A stretch of DNA of 64,000 nucleotides from a virus. The stretch lies in the IMG/VR virus record IMGVR_UViG_3300028586_000750. One strand, 5' to 3'. Below are positions 9,850 to 19,603 of the stretch, piece after piece; position 1 is the first letter of the stretch; each line of letters opens with the position of its first letter. A model generated the notes under the pieces. It was given only the letters and a program-made list of their open reading frames with translations, was not told the origin of the DNA and made no database searches. Made by a program: the position numbers and the translations under genes.

Positions 9850-10155
9850 TTAGACGCGAGTTGCCTTCTGGTACTCTGCGAGCTTCTTGTTCGTGGCCTT
9901 GATGATTGCACGACGTGAGGGGTTGAGGTCTTCACTGTAGCAGTCCACGTACCACACGTCATCGTAGGTGCCACGGCGGAACTTACCGCCGAAGCCAAGC
10001 GCACCCATGAAGCGGAACTCTCCAACGAAACGAGTGGTCTGGCTGTAGATGAAGCTTTCGCGGCTGTGGTCGTCCTCAACCTCACCAGCCTTCTCAATGA
10101 GGATATCATACACGTCGTTGGCCTGCTGAAAAGTCAGAGCGTTGTTGTCATCCAT
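9850..10155 (-). CDS. Hypothetical protein
   Basis: TAGGAGAACATC-ATG; EFRFMGALGFGGKFR motif. Confidence 0.75.
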   Translation of the reverse strand: MDDNNALTFQQANDVYDILIEKAGEVEDDHSRESFIYSQTTRFVGEFRFMGALGFGGKFRRGTYDDVWYVDCYSEDLNPSRRAIIKATNKKLAEYQKATRV

Positions 10156-10317
10156 GATGTTCTCCTAGAGTTGATGATTTGGCTTGTTGCTGTTGGTTTC
10201 ACTATACACGCATGGAAGCTATATGTGCAAGTTTATTCAAGAAATTTTTTGTCTACAAAAAGACAAAGCCCTGAGCTTTACCTACTAAAGGTAAAGCTCA
10301 GGGCTTTGGTGCTGTTC

Positions 10318-10527
10318 TTAGCTTTCGTTCGCCTTGTGCAGGGCCAGGACGTAGGCTTCGCTTTCCTTACGAGCGGCAGCGATACGTTCCAGGGCCTCTT
10401 CCGCTCCGTAGAAACCGTAGTCCACGTCCGCGAGGATAAGACCGATTTGGGCGTCAACACTCAGGTAAAGCTCTTCGGCGGTTTCGTAGCCCTCAGGAAG
10501 TTCAACCGTCTTCGTGGTGGTGTCCAT
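10318..10527 (-). CDS. Hypothetical acidic protein
   Basis: GAGGA RBS; own promoter and terminator. Confidence 0.7.
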   Translation of the reverse strand: MDTTTKTVELPEGYETAEELYLSVDAQIGLILADVDYGFYGAEEALERIAAARKESEAYVLALHKANES

Positions 10528-10790
10528 GTTCTTATCCTCTGTTCGGTGTTGCTCTGTCTTGATGCTCTTACTCTATTCGATGAAAATCAGAAAAGCAACT
10601 CCTTTGGCAAAGTTTTTGTTGATGAGTAGGAAGAGGCGATATAGACCAAAAAAGTGCGAGGCTGCTGCGAAGAAAGGACGGACGTTTTTAGTTAAAGCAG
10701 CAACGATAGGTCATCCAATCCGTCAAGGGTTGGGGAAGTAGGTAAATGAGTAGTGGTGCGGAAGTTTTTAACTAACTTCCGCACCACTAC

Positions 10791-11156
10791 TTAGTCAAGA
10801 TTGGGTTTGCTTCCCTTTTTTGCGTTACAGGGGCTACACATAGGGTCATAGTTCTCTAGTGCGTTCAATCCACCTTTGCTCTTAGGAACAATGTGGTCTT
10901 TGGTCATTAGTACAAGCTCTCCCTTTACATTCATTCCGTAAAGGTTAAGGTGCGGGGTAACTGTGAGGTCATGAGTTTCTAGGATGAACTGGGTACCCTT
11001 GATGCCGCATCTGACGCATACCGTTCCTTTGGTCTTAAAAAGGACTAGACGAGCACTGTTCTTTCTGAACGTACGACCGTCAGGGAGAGTTGCTTTTCCA
11101 CGGGTGTTCATGGCAGCAAAAACGTCAGCGGCTGAATAAGACGCTATCTGTATCAT
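10791..11156 (-). CDS. HNH endonuclease
   Basis: CVRC...KDHIVPKSKGG-x4-N-x4-CSPCNAKKG. Confidence 0.85.
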   Translation of the reverse strand: MIQIASYSAADVFAAMNTRGKATLPDGRTFRKNSARLVLFKTKGTVCVRCGIKGTQFILETHDLTVTPHLNLYGMNVKGELVLMTKDHIVPKSKGGLNALENYDPMCSPCNAKKGSKPNLD

Positions 11157-11318
11157 GCGTGGGTTCTCTTAATGCTAAGTGGATTGATATACGATTGCTC
11201 TAAGCATACGGGATGTACAAAGTTTTGTCAATTATGCTTTTTGAGTTGCATCTACTGGTTTGGGGATGTAGGGTTGAGTTATTCAGTCAACGGGTCACCA
11301 CAAGAAAGAGGAACTATT

Positions 11319-11540
11319 ATGAACGTCACCGACAACCTCCGCTACGTTGAGCTTTACTGCGTGAACCAGGGTGACAAGTTCCGTGGTATGTCGGAAGATG
11401 TGCTGGTTATCCTGAACGGTGACGCTTCGGAAACTGAGAAGGTCGCTGAGGTCCGTACGGTTGTCGCCGGTTACGCACCGAAGTACCAGTACCACGTGAA
11501 CCGCATCGTTGAAACTCTTGACCACGATGATGAGGACTGA
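11319..11540 (+). CDS. Hypothetical protein
   Basis: GAGGAACTATT-ATG (MNVTDNLRY). Confidence 0.7.
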   Translation: MNVTDNLRYVELYCVNQGDKFRGMSEDVLVILNGDASETEKVAEVRTVVAGYAPKYQYHVNRIVETLDHDDED

Positions 11541-11698
11541 AAACTAGTCTTAAAAAAGACAACTTAATATAACGCAACATTCAGGTAGGTACGCTCTTGG
11601 GAAAAGACAAGAAAATACTTGCTTGACTGTTGCGTTTTTGTTTGCTGCGTGATAGCTTTAACTCATCAGCAAAACAACCCCAAACTTTGGAGAACAAA

Positions 11699-12007
11699 AT
11701 GCTTGGACTGTTCAAGGGTAAGAGCAAGACGGTCGCACCTGTTAAGGTTGCCCGCAAGGCGCTTCGCCAGGATTTGCCTGTTCCGAACTTCACCATCCTT
11801 ACGGCTGAGCTTGGAGATTTCTTTGACTTCCTGACCAACGACTTCCCTGAGGTTTACTACTCGTGGGTTTACGGTGAGGACGGCGTGGAGGGTGTTACGC
11901 TTTTCACGCACGTCACTCTGCACGGTGATTTCTTTGAGATTGCAGAGTGCAGCCGTCAGATGGGGCAGAAGTTCATCACGGACTACCCGCTGAACGTTCG
12001 CGGCTAA
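11699..12007 (+). CDS. Hypothetical protein
   Basis: TTGGAGAACAAA-ATG (MLGLFKGK). Confidence 0.7.
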   Translation: MLGLFKGKSKTVAPVKVARKALRQDLPVPNFTILTAELGDFFDFLTNDFPEVYYSWVYGEDGVEGVTLFTHVTLHGDFFEIAECSRQMGQKFITDYPLNVRG

Positions 12008-12117
12008 GTCCTTAAAAAGACAAGGTGCTGGCCAAGAGGTCAGCACCTTGTCTTTTTAATAAACGTTGTGTTACAGTTAACCTACTAATCCATTCTACTG
12101 AACAGAAAGAATAGAAA

Positions 12118-12375
12118 ATGAATAAGCGTTTCAAGTCAGTCCTTAACTTCGTTGTTGCTGTTGCCCGTGACCCGAAGGGGTTTGCTTCCGGCGTTGGCGA
12201 AGCTGGGGCTTACATCGGAGAACTGATTTCTGAGACTACCCGTGAGCGCCGTGAAGAGCGTGTTATCCGTGGCTGGTCACCTGAGCGCCAGGAGGCTTTC
12301 CGTCTCCTTAGCTATGACGCTCGTGTTGAGAAGCTTCATGGACAGCCTTCCCCTGTGCGTATCACACGCGACTAA
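12118..12375 (+). CDS. Hypothetical protein
   Basis: 85-aa ORF with upstream TACAGT -10. Confidence 0.65.
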   Translation: MNKRFKSVLNFVVAVARDPKGFASGVGEAGAYIGELISETTRERREERVIRGWSPERQEAFRLLSYDARVEKLHGQPSPVRITRD

Positions 12376-12459
12376 AACTGTCATTTTTTGTATTGAAGAT
12401 TATTGTCATACATGATAGTCTTGTTGTAAATCACTCACTTATATATTTAGGATTAACTA

Positions 12460-12780
12460 ATGTTCGTTTTGTTCCTTGACCCCACGCCCACTAAGCTTGC
12501 GGAAATGCTGGAATATTCCGGAAGTTCTAAGACAAGCCTTCGTAGGTCTTTGGACCAGGGCGTTGACAGAATGCTTAATAAGCCGCTCGCAGATATTCAG
12601 TTTGTTCAGCTTATTAGTGCGACAGGTAGAAGCTCTATTGAGCAAGTCGAATTTAAGGATATTGAATTTATCCCTGTTAGTCGTTATATCATTGATGACG
12701 AAACAGTTATCTCTGGTAATGAATTTAGGGTTAACGTTACTCAGTATCAAAAAGACATTGCTACTGTATTTGGCGACTAA
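12460..12780 (+). CDS. Hypothetical protein (paralog of 6405-6737)
   Basis: TAGGA RBS; shared C-terminal motif. Confidence 0.7.
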   Translation: MFVLFLDPTPTKLAEMLEYSGSSKTSLRRSLDQGVDRMLNKPLADIQFVQLISATGRSSIEQVEFKDIEFIPVSRYIIDDETVISGNEFRVNVTQYQKDIATVFGD

Positions 12781-12902
12781 AATAATAGGTTGAGAAAGTG
12801 GGGATGAACTTCGGTAAAGTTCATCCCCACTTTTGTTCTTCCCCTGCTTGTGTGCTAGAGTTACGGTATTCACTAGTTCGGTTACATCGGTTGGAGTTAC
12901 AC

Positions 12903-13106
12903 ATGAAGAAGCTCATTGCAGTCTGGGTTGTCTGCGCTGTCGCAGCTTTCGTTCTGGTCAAGGTTGTGAAGATTGGTCCTGTCATCTTCACAATTTCTGC
13001 TGAGCACGGTTGGGGCGTTCACTCTGGCGACCTGCTGGTTATCATTCCGGCAGCCGTGGCTCTGTATGCTGCTGTTCGTTACTGGAAGAAAAGGCAGAGC
13101 AAGTAG
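12903..13106 (+). CDS. Small membrane protein
   Basis: GGAG RBS; two hydrophobic segments around a GWGVHSGD loop. Confidence 0.7.
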   Translation: MKKLIAVWVVCAVAAFVLVKVVKIGPVIFTISAEHGWGVHSGDLLVIIPAAVALYAAVRYWKKRQSK

Positions 13107-13335
13107 TAAGAGGTTTAAAAACTTTGGTTGCGGTTATCAGATGCAAATTCTGGTAACCGCAACTTTTTGTTTGTACTGCTACTTTGAAGTAGGGTTGTTA
13201 CATCCATTAAAGACGAACAATGATTGTTCCGAAAAAGTTTTAGGAAAAGTTTGGCTTTTGGGTTGCACTGTCGTATTTGGGGTGATAGTTTTAACTCATC
13301 AAGCAAGGCACCCACTCCAAACAAAGGATGAGAAA

Positions 13336-13500
13336 ATGGCTACCACCACGAAGATTGAGCGCACCGCCACTTTCACGAAGAACCTGCTGTTCCGTGGCTA
13401 CGATGTTTCGTTCAAGGAGGACGGTGTGACCATCGACAAGAAGCTCGTGGGTACCGTGGAGCTTGCAGAGAAGGCTGTCACGGCCTGGTCCAAGCAGTAA
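13336..13500 (+). CDS. Small hypothetical protein
   Basis: AAGGATGAGAAA-ATG (MATTTKIERT). Confidence 0.65.
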   Translation: MATTTKIERTATFTKNLLFRGYDVSFKEDGVTIDKKLVGTVELAEKAVTAWSKQ

Positions 13501-13712
13501 GCTTCCAAGCTACTAGAAATGCCCCTACTGAATTAGTAGGGGCATTTCTTCGTTACTCTGGTATCTGCGCTAGAGTAGAGACGGACGTTTTAATCGTAAG
13601 ATGCAATTATCAAATTTAGTTGTCAGTTATGCTCTAAAGATTTGCATATTATTGGCGAGGGTGATAGGTTTAACTCATCAAGCAAGGCACCCACTAAAAG
13701 AAGGATAAGAAC

Positions 13713-13844
13713 ATGGCTGTTACCCTCGCGGATTACATTGCACACCTGGAAGCTGAGCAGGCGGCAGCGTTCGACTCCGGTGATGAGAAGCGTATTCTCG
13801 CTGCGTGTGACAGGCTCAATCACGCTGATAGCTTTAACTGCTAA
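13713..13844 (+). CDS. Small hypothetical peptide
   Basis: GAGGATAAGAAC-ATG (MAVTLADYIAHLEAE); shares a promoter module with 13336. Confidence 0.55.
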   Translation: MAVTLADYIAHLEAEQAAAFDSGDEKRILAACDRLNHADSFNC

Positions 13845-14104
13845 CAACGAGAACCATTAAACACATAAGGCCCCACCAGTCATCTGGTGGGGCCTTTGCT
13901 TTAGTTATAGCGTCTAACCCGCTAATAGACACCTGATAGGGGCTGTGAGCTATTCTGCGGCCCTGATACGGCTAAGACGCGTAAGCGGACGCATAGAAGC
14001 TCTGAGGCTTAGGAGAGGCGCACAAGGCGTTATATCAGCTATTAGTCCGCTTATAGACATGAGCTAATGAAGGTCACTAGCTGGGTTATTAAACGATTTA
14101 CCTT

Positions 14105-14166
14105 GCAATATGCGTGAAGCCCTTACCTATCAAGTTTTTAATAGGTAAGGGCTTCACGCATATTGC
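14105..14166. repeat. Perfect 26-bp inverted repeat with 10-nt loop
   Basis: GCAATATGCGTGAAGCCCTTACCTAT-CAAGTTTTTA-ATAGGTAAGGGCTTCACGCATATTGC. Confidence 0.9.
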
Positions 14167-14171
14167 TTGTT

Positions 14172-14339
14172 TTAGTGGCTGCGCACCTGCTTGAGGAAAG
14201 CTGCTGCTTGCGCATTTCCCTTACGAATTTCACGACGGCGAACACGACCGGGGTGGGAAAGGACCATGATGATGACAAGGATTGCAGTGGGCCATGCCAG
14301 GATGCTGACGAGCGAAGCAATAAGAGTGAGAATGTCCAT
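14172..14339 (-). CDS. Small single-TM protein
   Basis: AAGGAAAAGCTC-ATG; MDILTLIASLVSILAWP... Confidence 0.65.
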   Translation of the reverse strand: MDILTLIASLVSILAWPTAILVIIMVLSHPGRVRRREIRKGNAQAAAFLKQVRSH

Positions 14340-14461
14340 GAGCTTTTCCTTTGCCTAGAAGAGGAACTAACTTGATGATTTGAGCTTAGCAGTTAAAAAC
14401 TTTTGGTGCAACAGGTAATGCTCACCAGTTAAGTCTGGTGGGCATTACCTGTTGGCTGGAA

Positions 14462-14737
14462 CTACTTACCAGTCAGGTCGGTGAGAACTCCGTCTGTGAT
14501 TGTTGCTCGGAGCGGCTGGTGAAACTTGTTACGGACGGGTCCACCTGCTCCACCGGAAAGCGAAATAACTTCGTAACGGTGACGAGCGTTAAGGAAGAAG
14601 CGGAGGAAGAAATATCCGCCGCGCTGACCCTTGAGGTAAACGGTGGTGTCGCTGGCGGAAGACAGGTCTACAGTGAACTTCTTGCCACCAATGACAAGCG
14701 GCTGACCGTGTTCAATCGTCTGGGTGAGGGTAGGCAT
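14462..14737 (-). CDS. Hypothetical protein
   Basis: GAAGGA RBS; 91 aa. Confidence 0.7.
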   Translation of the reverse strand: MPTLTQTIEHGQPLVIGGKKFTVDLSSASDTTVYLKGQRGGYFFLRFFLNARHRYEVISLSGGAGGPVRNKFHQPLRATITDGVLTDLTGK

Positions 14738-14869
14738 TTTGTGTTCCTTCCTAAGGGGTGATGCTTTGAGTGTATCTAATTAATCTGGCCACTGCAACAA
14801 CTAAGTCATAATAAGGACGGACATTTTTAACTAAGTAATCCCCTCACCATAATCAGTGAGGGGATTACT

Positions 14870-15181
14870 TTACTTCTGATTGAAGTTAACGAGGTTTTCC
14901 TGCTGTACGACCTGAATTCGCTTACCTTCCTCTGTGCCTTGCTTGAACCCCTCATTGTAAGCCTCAATTTGAGTAGGATTAGCGTACTTGTTCTGGTAGT
15001 AAATGTTTAGGTCGCGGTTCATGCTCTGACCATAACGCTTTCCGGCCTGAAAGCCAAGGTATGCTGTGTCATCGTATTGCTTTTGTGCGTCACGACGGGG
15101 CTTGAAGTGGCGAATCTCTGCGTAAAGATACGACACGAACAACAGGACCAGAGCGAGGATAATAGTAATTTCAACGTGCAC
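14870..15181 (-). CDS. Membrane-anchored hypothetical protein
   Basis: TTGGAG RBS then GTG; TM followed by GFQAG...YNEGF. Confidence 0.65.
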   Translation of the reverse strand: MHVEITIILALVLLFVSYLYAEIRHFKPRRDAQKQYDDTAYLGFQAGKRYGQSMNRDLNIYYQNKYANPTQIEAYNEGFKQGTEEGKRIQVVQQENLVNFNQK

Positions 15182-15269
15182 GATAATCTCCAAAGTAGGT
15201 TAAAGCTTTGTGTTTTTCTTAGTTTTAGCTTACGCCATTACGAACTGATTAACAACTTAACTTGTAGGT

Positions 15270-15512
15270 TTAGTAGCTTGCGCTGATTGCGTCAATGCTG
15301 GCGAAGTACCAAGTCATCAGCGCGGCGTAAGCAAAGACCCCGCTCATGATGACCGAAATGTAACGAACCGGACGAAGCTGGACGGTGGTACCTTCCATGC
15401 AGTTCTGCTTGCTGGGGAAGTAGTATTCATCTGCAAAACCACACATACGACGAGCGGCGTAGGTCAGGACGAGCGAAGCAGCGGCGAGAACGAGGAGGAT
15501 GAGCGAAATCAT
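15270..15512 (-). CDS. Two-TM membrane protein (tandem paralog of 15661-15891)
   Basis: ADEYYFPSKQN...GTTVQLRPVRYIS loop. Confidence 0.75.
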   Translation of the reverse strand: MISLILLVLAAASLVLTYAARRMCGFADEYYFPSKQNCMEGTTVQLRPVRYISVIMSGVFAYAALMTWYFASIDAISASY

Positions 15513-15660
15513 TTGGAACCCCTTAGCTTGGTGGTGTGTCTTGCTGATAGTTCAACTATACACACCGTGCTGGTTTGGCGCAACCTATTGCCTAAATTTT
15601 TCGTCCTTCTTTGGACGAGCTTGGAGCACTCGCTTTTGCTTAAGGCTACTGTATAACTGC

Positions 15661-15891
15661 TTACACGCTGTAGACAGCATAGCTAATGTATGCTGCGAAG
15701 CAGAAGACCAGAAAGCTTACTCCAACGACAACAGAAATGTAGCGAACCGGGCGAAGCTGAATGGTGGTGCCGACCATAGGGTTCTGCTTGTTGGGGATGT
15801 AATATTCATCCGCGTAACCGCGCTTCTTTCGCGCGAAGATGGTGATACCGAACGAAGCGATAGCGGCGGCGAGGAAGATGAAAGTGAACAT
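15661..15891 (-). CDS. Two-TM membrane protein (tandem paralog of 15270-15512)
   Basis: ADEYYIPNKQN...GTTIQLRPVRYIS loop. Confidence 0.75.
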   Translation of the reverse strand: MFTFIFLAAAIASFGITIFARKKRGYADEYYIPNKQNPMVGTTIQLRPVRYISVVVGVSFLVFCFAAYISYAVYSV

Positions 15892-15991
15892 TTGAAACCC
15901 CTTAGTTTGGTAGTGGGCCTTGCTGATAGCTCAACTATACATGTTATGGCTATCTCAATGCAACTCTTGGTCTAGAAATATTCGTCTTTCT

Positions 15992-16303
15992 TTAGACGAG
16001 TTTTACGCCAAACGACTGACCGTGCTTATAGACCACCCAACGGCCTACGACTTGTGCGTTCCTGAGTGCGTCTGCTTTGATTAATTCAATTAGGTAGCTT
16101 TTGAGGATGTTGTACTTGATGCCAGTTCCAATGTCGCGGACTAGGACACCGGAGCGAGACAAGCCTTCAATTTCTAGGGTTGCGTCAAAAGGTGTGTTTG
16201 GCTCCCATGTGAACATGTTAGGGTTCTGGTATTTTAGTAGCGTGAAAGCTAGGCTTTTCTCACCATTGGGGCTGATTGAATAGGGAGCTTCTTGGATAGG
16301 CAT
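15992..16303 (-). CDS. Hypothetical protein (paralog of 18121-18432)
   Basis: MPIQEAPY...WEPNTPFDATL. Confidence 0.75.
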   Translation of the reverse strand: MPIQEAPYSISPNGEKSLAFTLLKYQNPNMFTWEPNTPFDATLEIEGLSRSGVLVRDIGTGIKYNILKSYLIELIKADALRNAQVVGRWVVYKHGQSFGVKLV

Positions 16304-16449
16304 ATTTTACTTCTTTCTCTATTCATCTAGTATATCAAATCATCCACTATAAGGCAAGCTTATAATGCGGTCCTAAGTATATGCCTTTGGGAAAAGACAA
16401 AGCTTTAGCCTCTACCAAAATATTTTGGTAGAGGCTAAAGCTTTAGTGA

Positions 16450-16749
16450 TTACTTGCTGGTGAGCTTACGATAAAGCTTCGCGGCGACACTCTGGGAAGG
16501 GGTGATAACCGCTGCGATGTGGTAGTTCTCGCTGTCATCCTTGAAAGCAAGGCTAGCAATCATTTCAGCGGTAGCGTAAGTGCTGCACAGAACCAACTTT
16601 TCGTTGAACTGACGCATAAGTGCCCAGTCTCCGGTGTAAATGCCCACGTACTTCACCTTGGAGAAAAGAGGGGCAGCGATGTTCCCGTGCACCTTGTGCA
16701 GAGCGGTTGCACCAGCAAGGCGAGGGTTGATACCAGCGAGGTTAAGCAT
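16450..16749 (-). CDS. Hypothetical protein (paralog of 16902-17201)
   Basis: GGAGAACATC-ATG; YVGIYTG...NYHIAAVITPS. Confidence 0.75.
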   Translation of the reverse strand: MLNLAGINPRLAGATALHKVHGNIAAPLFSKVKYVGIYTGDWALMRQFNEKLVLCSTYATAEMIASLAFKDDSENYHIAAVITPSQSVAAKLYRKLTSK

Positions 16750-16901
16750 GATGTTCTCCAAAGTTTTTGTGTTGCTCTTTGTTTTGATGCTTTTACTCTA
16801 ACCTACCGCGAACAAGCAATGCAACTGATAAGACAAGTTTTTAAAGAAAAGTGCGGCTCACCAGTTAATTCTGATGAGCCGCACTGCAACACTGGATTAG
16901 G

Positions 16902-17201
16902 TCACATCCCAAACATTGCTTTAAAAAATTCTGCTGTCTTGGATGGGGTGACAACCGCTGCAATGTAGTAGTTCTGCGGGTCGTCACTAAGAAAGATTTG
17001 AGCCAAGTTGCGGGCCATGCTGTAGGTCGTGTACAAGTTAAGAAACCTGACCATCTTTTTGGCCTCTGCGTTAGTTCCAGTGTAAATTGCAATGTACTGG
17101 ACTTCCTTGAAAAGACCAACAGAGAACGAACCCCTTGTTTCAAAAACCTGAGCGTTGGCAGGAATGCGGGGGTTCTCAATAATAGTGACAGTAGCGTTCA
17201 T
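16902..17201 (-). CDS. Hypothetical protein (paralog of 16450-16749)
   Basis: TAGGAG RBS; YIAIYTG...NYYIAAVVTPS. Confidence 0.75.
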   Translation of the reverse strand: MNATVTIIENPRIPANAQVFETRGSFSVGLFKEVQYIAIYTGTNAEAKKMVRFLNLYTTYSMARNLAQIFLSDDPQNYYIAAVVTPSKTAEFFKAMFGM

Positions 17202-17320
17202 GTTTAGCTCCTAGTTGGATTTGCCTTGACCTGGTGCATTTACCTTACGCTGTTTTGCCTATAAGCGCAAGCTTGAAGGGTGGACAAACTAAATTGTTTG
17301 TCCACCCTTCAAGTGACGGT

Positions 17321-17566
17321 TTAAGAGTAAATCAGAATGTACTCTTCGTATTCGGTTTTTACTGTGATGCTTACGCTTTCACTTGTTTCTTTAATGTCGG
17401 TAATATCCCACCATGTGTCCATGTGGTCACAATCGCAGAAACCATCCTGTTTGTCTAGATAGCCGTTTTCAATATCAAACTGCAAGCTATTCAAAGCGTT
17501 AGTGGAGAAAATGTAATTTGCTGCTTCTCCGGTGTTTGTTGTCCAACTTTTTTCAGTCATCATCAT
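17321..17566 (-). CDS. Hypothetical protein
   Basis: 81 aa, acidic. Confidence 0.6.
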   Translation of the reverse strand: MMMTEKSWTTNTGEAANYIFSTNALNSLQFDIENGYLDKQDGFCDCDHMDTWWDITDIKETSESVSITVKTEYEEYILIYS

Positions 17567-17696
17567 TCTTTCTGTTGTAGTTACATGAATGTGTCACAAG
17601 ACACCGCTTGTTTATTCATGTGATAACAGTAAGAACGTTTGCTTGGTTATAGTGTATCGCATTGTGAGGATGAATGCAACAGCTAATGTGAGGCAG

Positions 17697-17830
17697 TGGG
17701 AAAAGACGGTCCATCTGATGAAGAATCACTGTCCGGATCTAGATTCTTGCTTTCGTTTTTGACACTCAAAAACTTTGCCTGTTCAACAAGTAATGGCCCC
17801 ACCAGAATTAACTGGTGGGGCCATTACTTG
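17697..17830 (+). repeat. Duplicated non-coding composite module (second copy at 21391-21528)
   Basis: TGGGAAAAGAC, then CTGATGAAGRATCACTGTYCGGATCTAGATTCWTGCTTTCG, then AAAAACTTTG, then a CACCAG hairpin, in both copies. Confidence 0.8.
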
Positions 17831-17836
17831 TGTGGG

Positions 17837-17995
17837 TTACTTCTTGGCCTGAGCAATCTGCTCGCGCATCGCTGCGGCCTGACGCTGACGCTTGTTGCCG
17901 TACGCGGCCATGATGCCGTCCGTTCCGGTCTTACCGTTGACCGGCTTACCCTGGCCCTGGAGCTTCTGGCGGCGCTTAGCGGAAGTGATGTTCAT
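17837..17995 (-). CDS. Small basic peptide
   Basis: TTGGAGTAATC-ATG; MNITSAKRRQKLQGQGK... Confidence 0.6.
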   Translation of the reverse strand: MNITSAKRRQKLQGQGKPVNGKTGTDGIMAAYGNKRQRQAAAMREQIAQAKK

Positions 17996-18120
17996 GATTA
18001 CTCCAAAGGGTTGGTGTCGCTCTGTCTTGATGTGTTTACTCTACACGGTTGAACCAGGTCATGCAACACTAAACCGAAAAAGTTTTGTCTTTTTTGAGAC
18101 GAGCTTTTAGCTGGCTCTAG

Positions 18121-18432
18121 TTACATGCGTTTCAATGCGAAACGTGTTCCTTTGCGGTAAACAATCCATGTTCCCTCAATTTTAGACTGACGGATAACGT
18201 CTAGCTCAATTAGCTCAAAAAAATGACTTAGGAAAAGGTTGTAATAAACCTGAGTGTCAACATCCTGCATCATTACACCAGTGTCTGTGTTGCTGACAAT
18301 TTTGATTGTGGCTTCAAAAGGAACATTCGGTTCCCATAGGTAGTTATCACGATTTTCGTATTTACCTATGATGTAAGCTAAATGTTTATCTCCATTGGCT
18401 TCAACGAAGTAGGGCGCTTCTACAAGTGGCAT
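18121..18432 (-). CDS. Hypothetical protein (paralog of 15992-16303)
   Basis: MPLVEAPY...WEPNVPFEATI. Confidence 0.75.
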   Translation of the reverse strand: MPLVEAPYFVEANGDKHLAYIIGKYENRDNYLWEPNVPFEATIKIVSNTDTGVMMQDVDTQVYYNLFLSHFFELIELDVIRQSKIEGTWIVYRKGTRFALKRM

Positions 18433-18563
18433 GAGGTTACTTTCTATAAATGTAGAATTAGTATAGCACAAAAGTATCTTCATGACTAGGGGTAAATACC
18501 AAACACAAAAGCGTAGACACACTAGTAAATAGTGTGTCTACGCTTTTTGAAGATGTTGTGGGA

Positions 18564-18821
18564 TTACTTCTTGGCTCGCTCTGCGCGGAGGGCCTTGCAG
18601 CAGTCAATTGACAGCATGACAAGTTTGGTGCTGATTGAGATAGCGAAGATACCGAAGATACCGAAGCTCGTGAAGCGCATGCCCTCTTCCATCACGGCAA
18701 GGGAGCCGAGGTAGATGCTGAGAGCAGCGAAGGCAAGAGCGGTGGCCATCAGAACGGCAACAATCAGGACCAGGAAGAAGGTGTCTTCCTTGCTGTGCTT
18801 GATTTCTGTGGTGTTCGTCAT
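18564..18821 (-). CDS. Two-TM membrane protein
   Basis: GAAAGG RBS; hydrophobic pair. Confidence 0.7.
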   Translation of the reverse strand: MTNTTEIKHSKEDTFFLVLIVAVLMATALAFAALSIYLGSLAVMEEGMRFTSFGIFGIFAISISTKLVMLSIDCCKALRAERAKK

Positions 18822-18961
18822 GATGTGCCTTTCGTTAAGTAATCCTGGCTTGTTCTTCCTTGTGGTTATGAGACTACACGGATGCGCCTGTCACTGCAAC
18901 TCCTCAATCAAAGTTTTTAAAAAAGTAGGTGCTCACTCTAATTTCAGAGTGAGCACCTACT

Positions 18962-19177
18962 TTATGCAGCTTGTGCTGTTGGAGTATTTTCGTTTACCGC
19001 TACTAGCAGCTTACGCATAACCCCTGGTGAGATTTCACCTTTGTGTTGCGCTAGGGGGAAAGAAAAGACTGAATTTTCTGGCCCCCATAGTTCGTGACTT
19101 CCGGTTTGTCGTTTAAAGACCCAACCTTTGCTTCGTAGAGTTTTTACTACATCTTTATATTTTTGAGCTTTCGCCAT
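18962..19177 (-). CDS. hicA: HicA-family toxin (mRNA interferase)
   Basis: 71 aa with L-x-x-x-GW-x-x-x-RQTGSH...H-x-x-EISPG-x-x-x-x-L, the HicA/YcfA pattern. Confidence 0.8.
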   Translation of the reverse strand: MAKAQKYKDVVKTLRSKGWVFKRQTGSHELWGPENSVFSFPLAQHKGEISPGVMRKLLVAVNENTPTAQAA

Positions 19178-19219
19178 TGTATACCATGAGCTTTCTCTTA
19201 GTGGACGGGGATTACTGAA

Positions 19220-19435
19220 CTACTTCTTGGCGCTTTCCTTGTTCTTGGCTTCTTCCTTGTTCTTGTTGATACGACGCTGTACGAAGAAGATTGAGATTGG
19301 AAGCCAAATGAGCAGGTTGGGGATAGTGGGGGCGTGCTGGAACATGACGAACATCAGCCCGGTGTAGATGAGCAGTGAAACTGCGTAGTGAGCCAGGCTG
19401 GATGCAGAGAAGTGGTTCTTAACGGACTGAGGCAT
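19220..19435 (-). CDS. Small two-TM membrane protein
   Basis: TTGGAGATAAA-ATG (MPQSVKNH). Confidence 0.65.
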   Translation of the reverse strand: MPQSVKNHFSASSLAHYAVSLLIYTGLMFVMFQHAPTIPNLLIWLPISIFFVQRRINKNKEEAKNKESAKK

Positions 19436-19603
19436 TTTATCTCCAAAATATATGGTTTGAATTACTATGACTGTTGCTGTGTCTCTACTATACACAATTC
19501 CGAGAGGTATTGCAACAGCTAGAGAAGATTAGGACGGACGTTTTTACCGGAAAATACAAGGGGTGGAACACTACGTTGTTGTAGTGCTCCACCCCTCAAA
19601 GAC

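Noticed and set aside
17715-17756. Hammerhead ribozyme suggested by CTGATGA followed by a stem (also at about 21410)
   Set aside because: The stem is followed by TGCTTTCG, not GAAA, and the minus strand has the elements in the wrong order.
19220-19435. Gene upstream of hicA as the HicB antitoxin
   Set aside because: It encodes a hydrophobic two-TM peptide with no HicB-like features.
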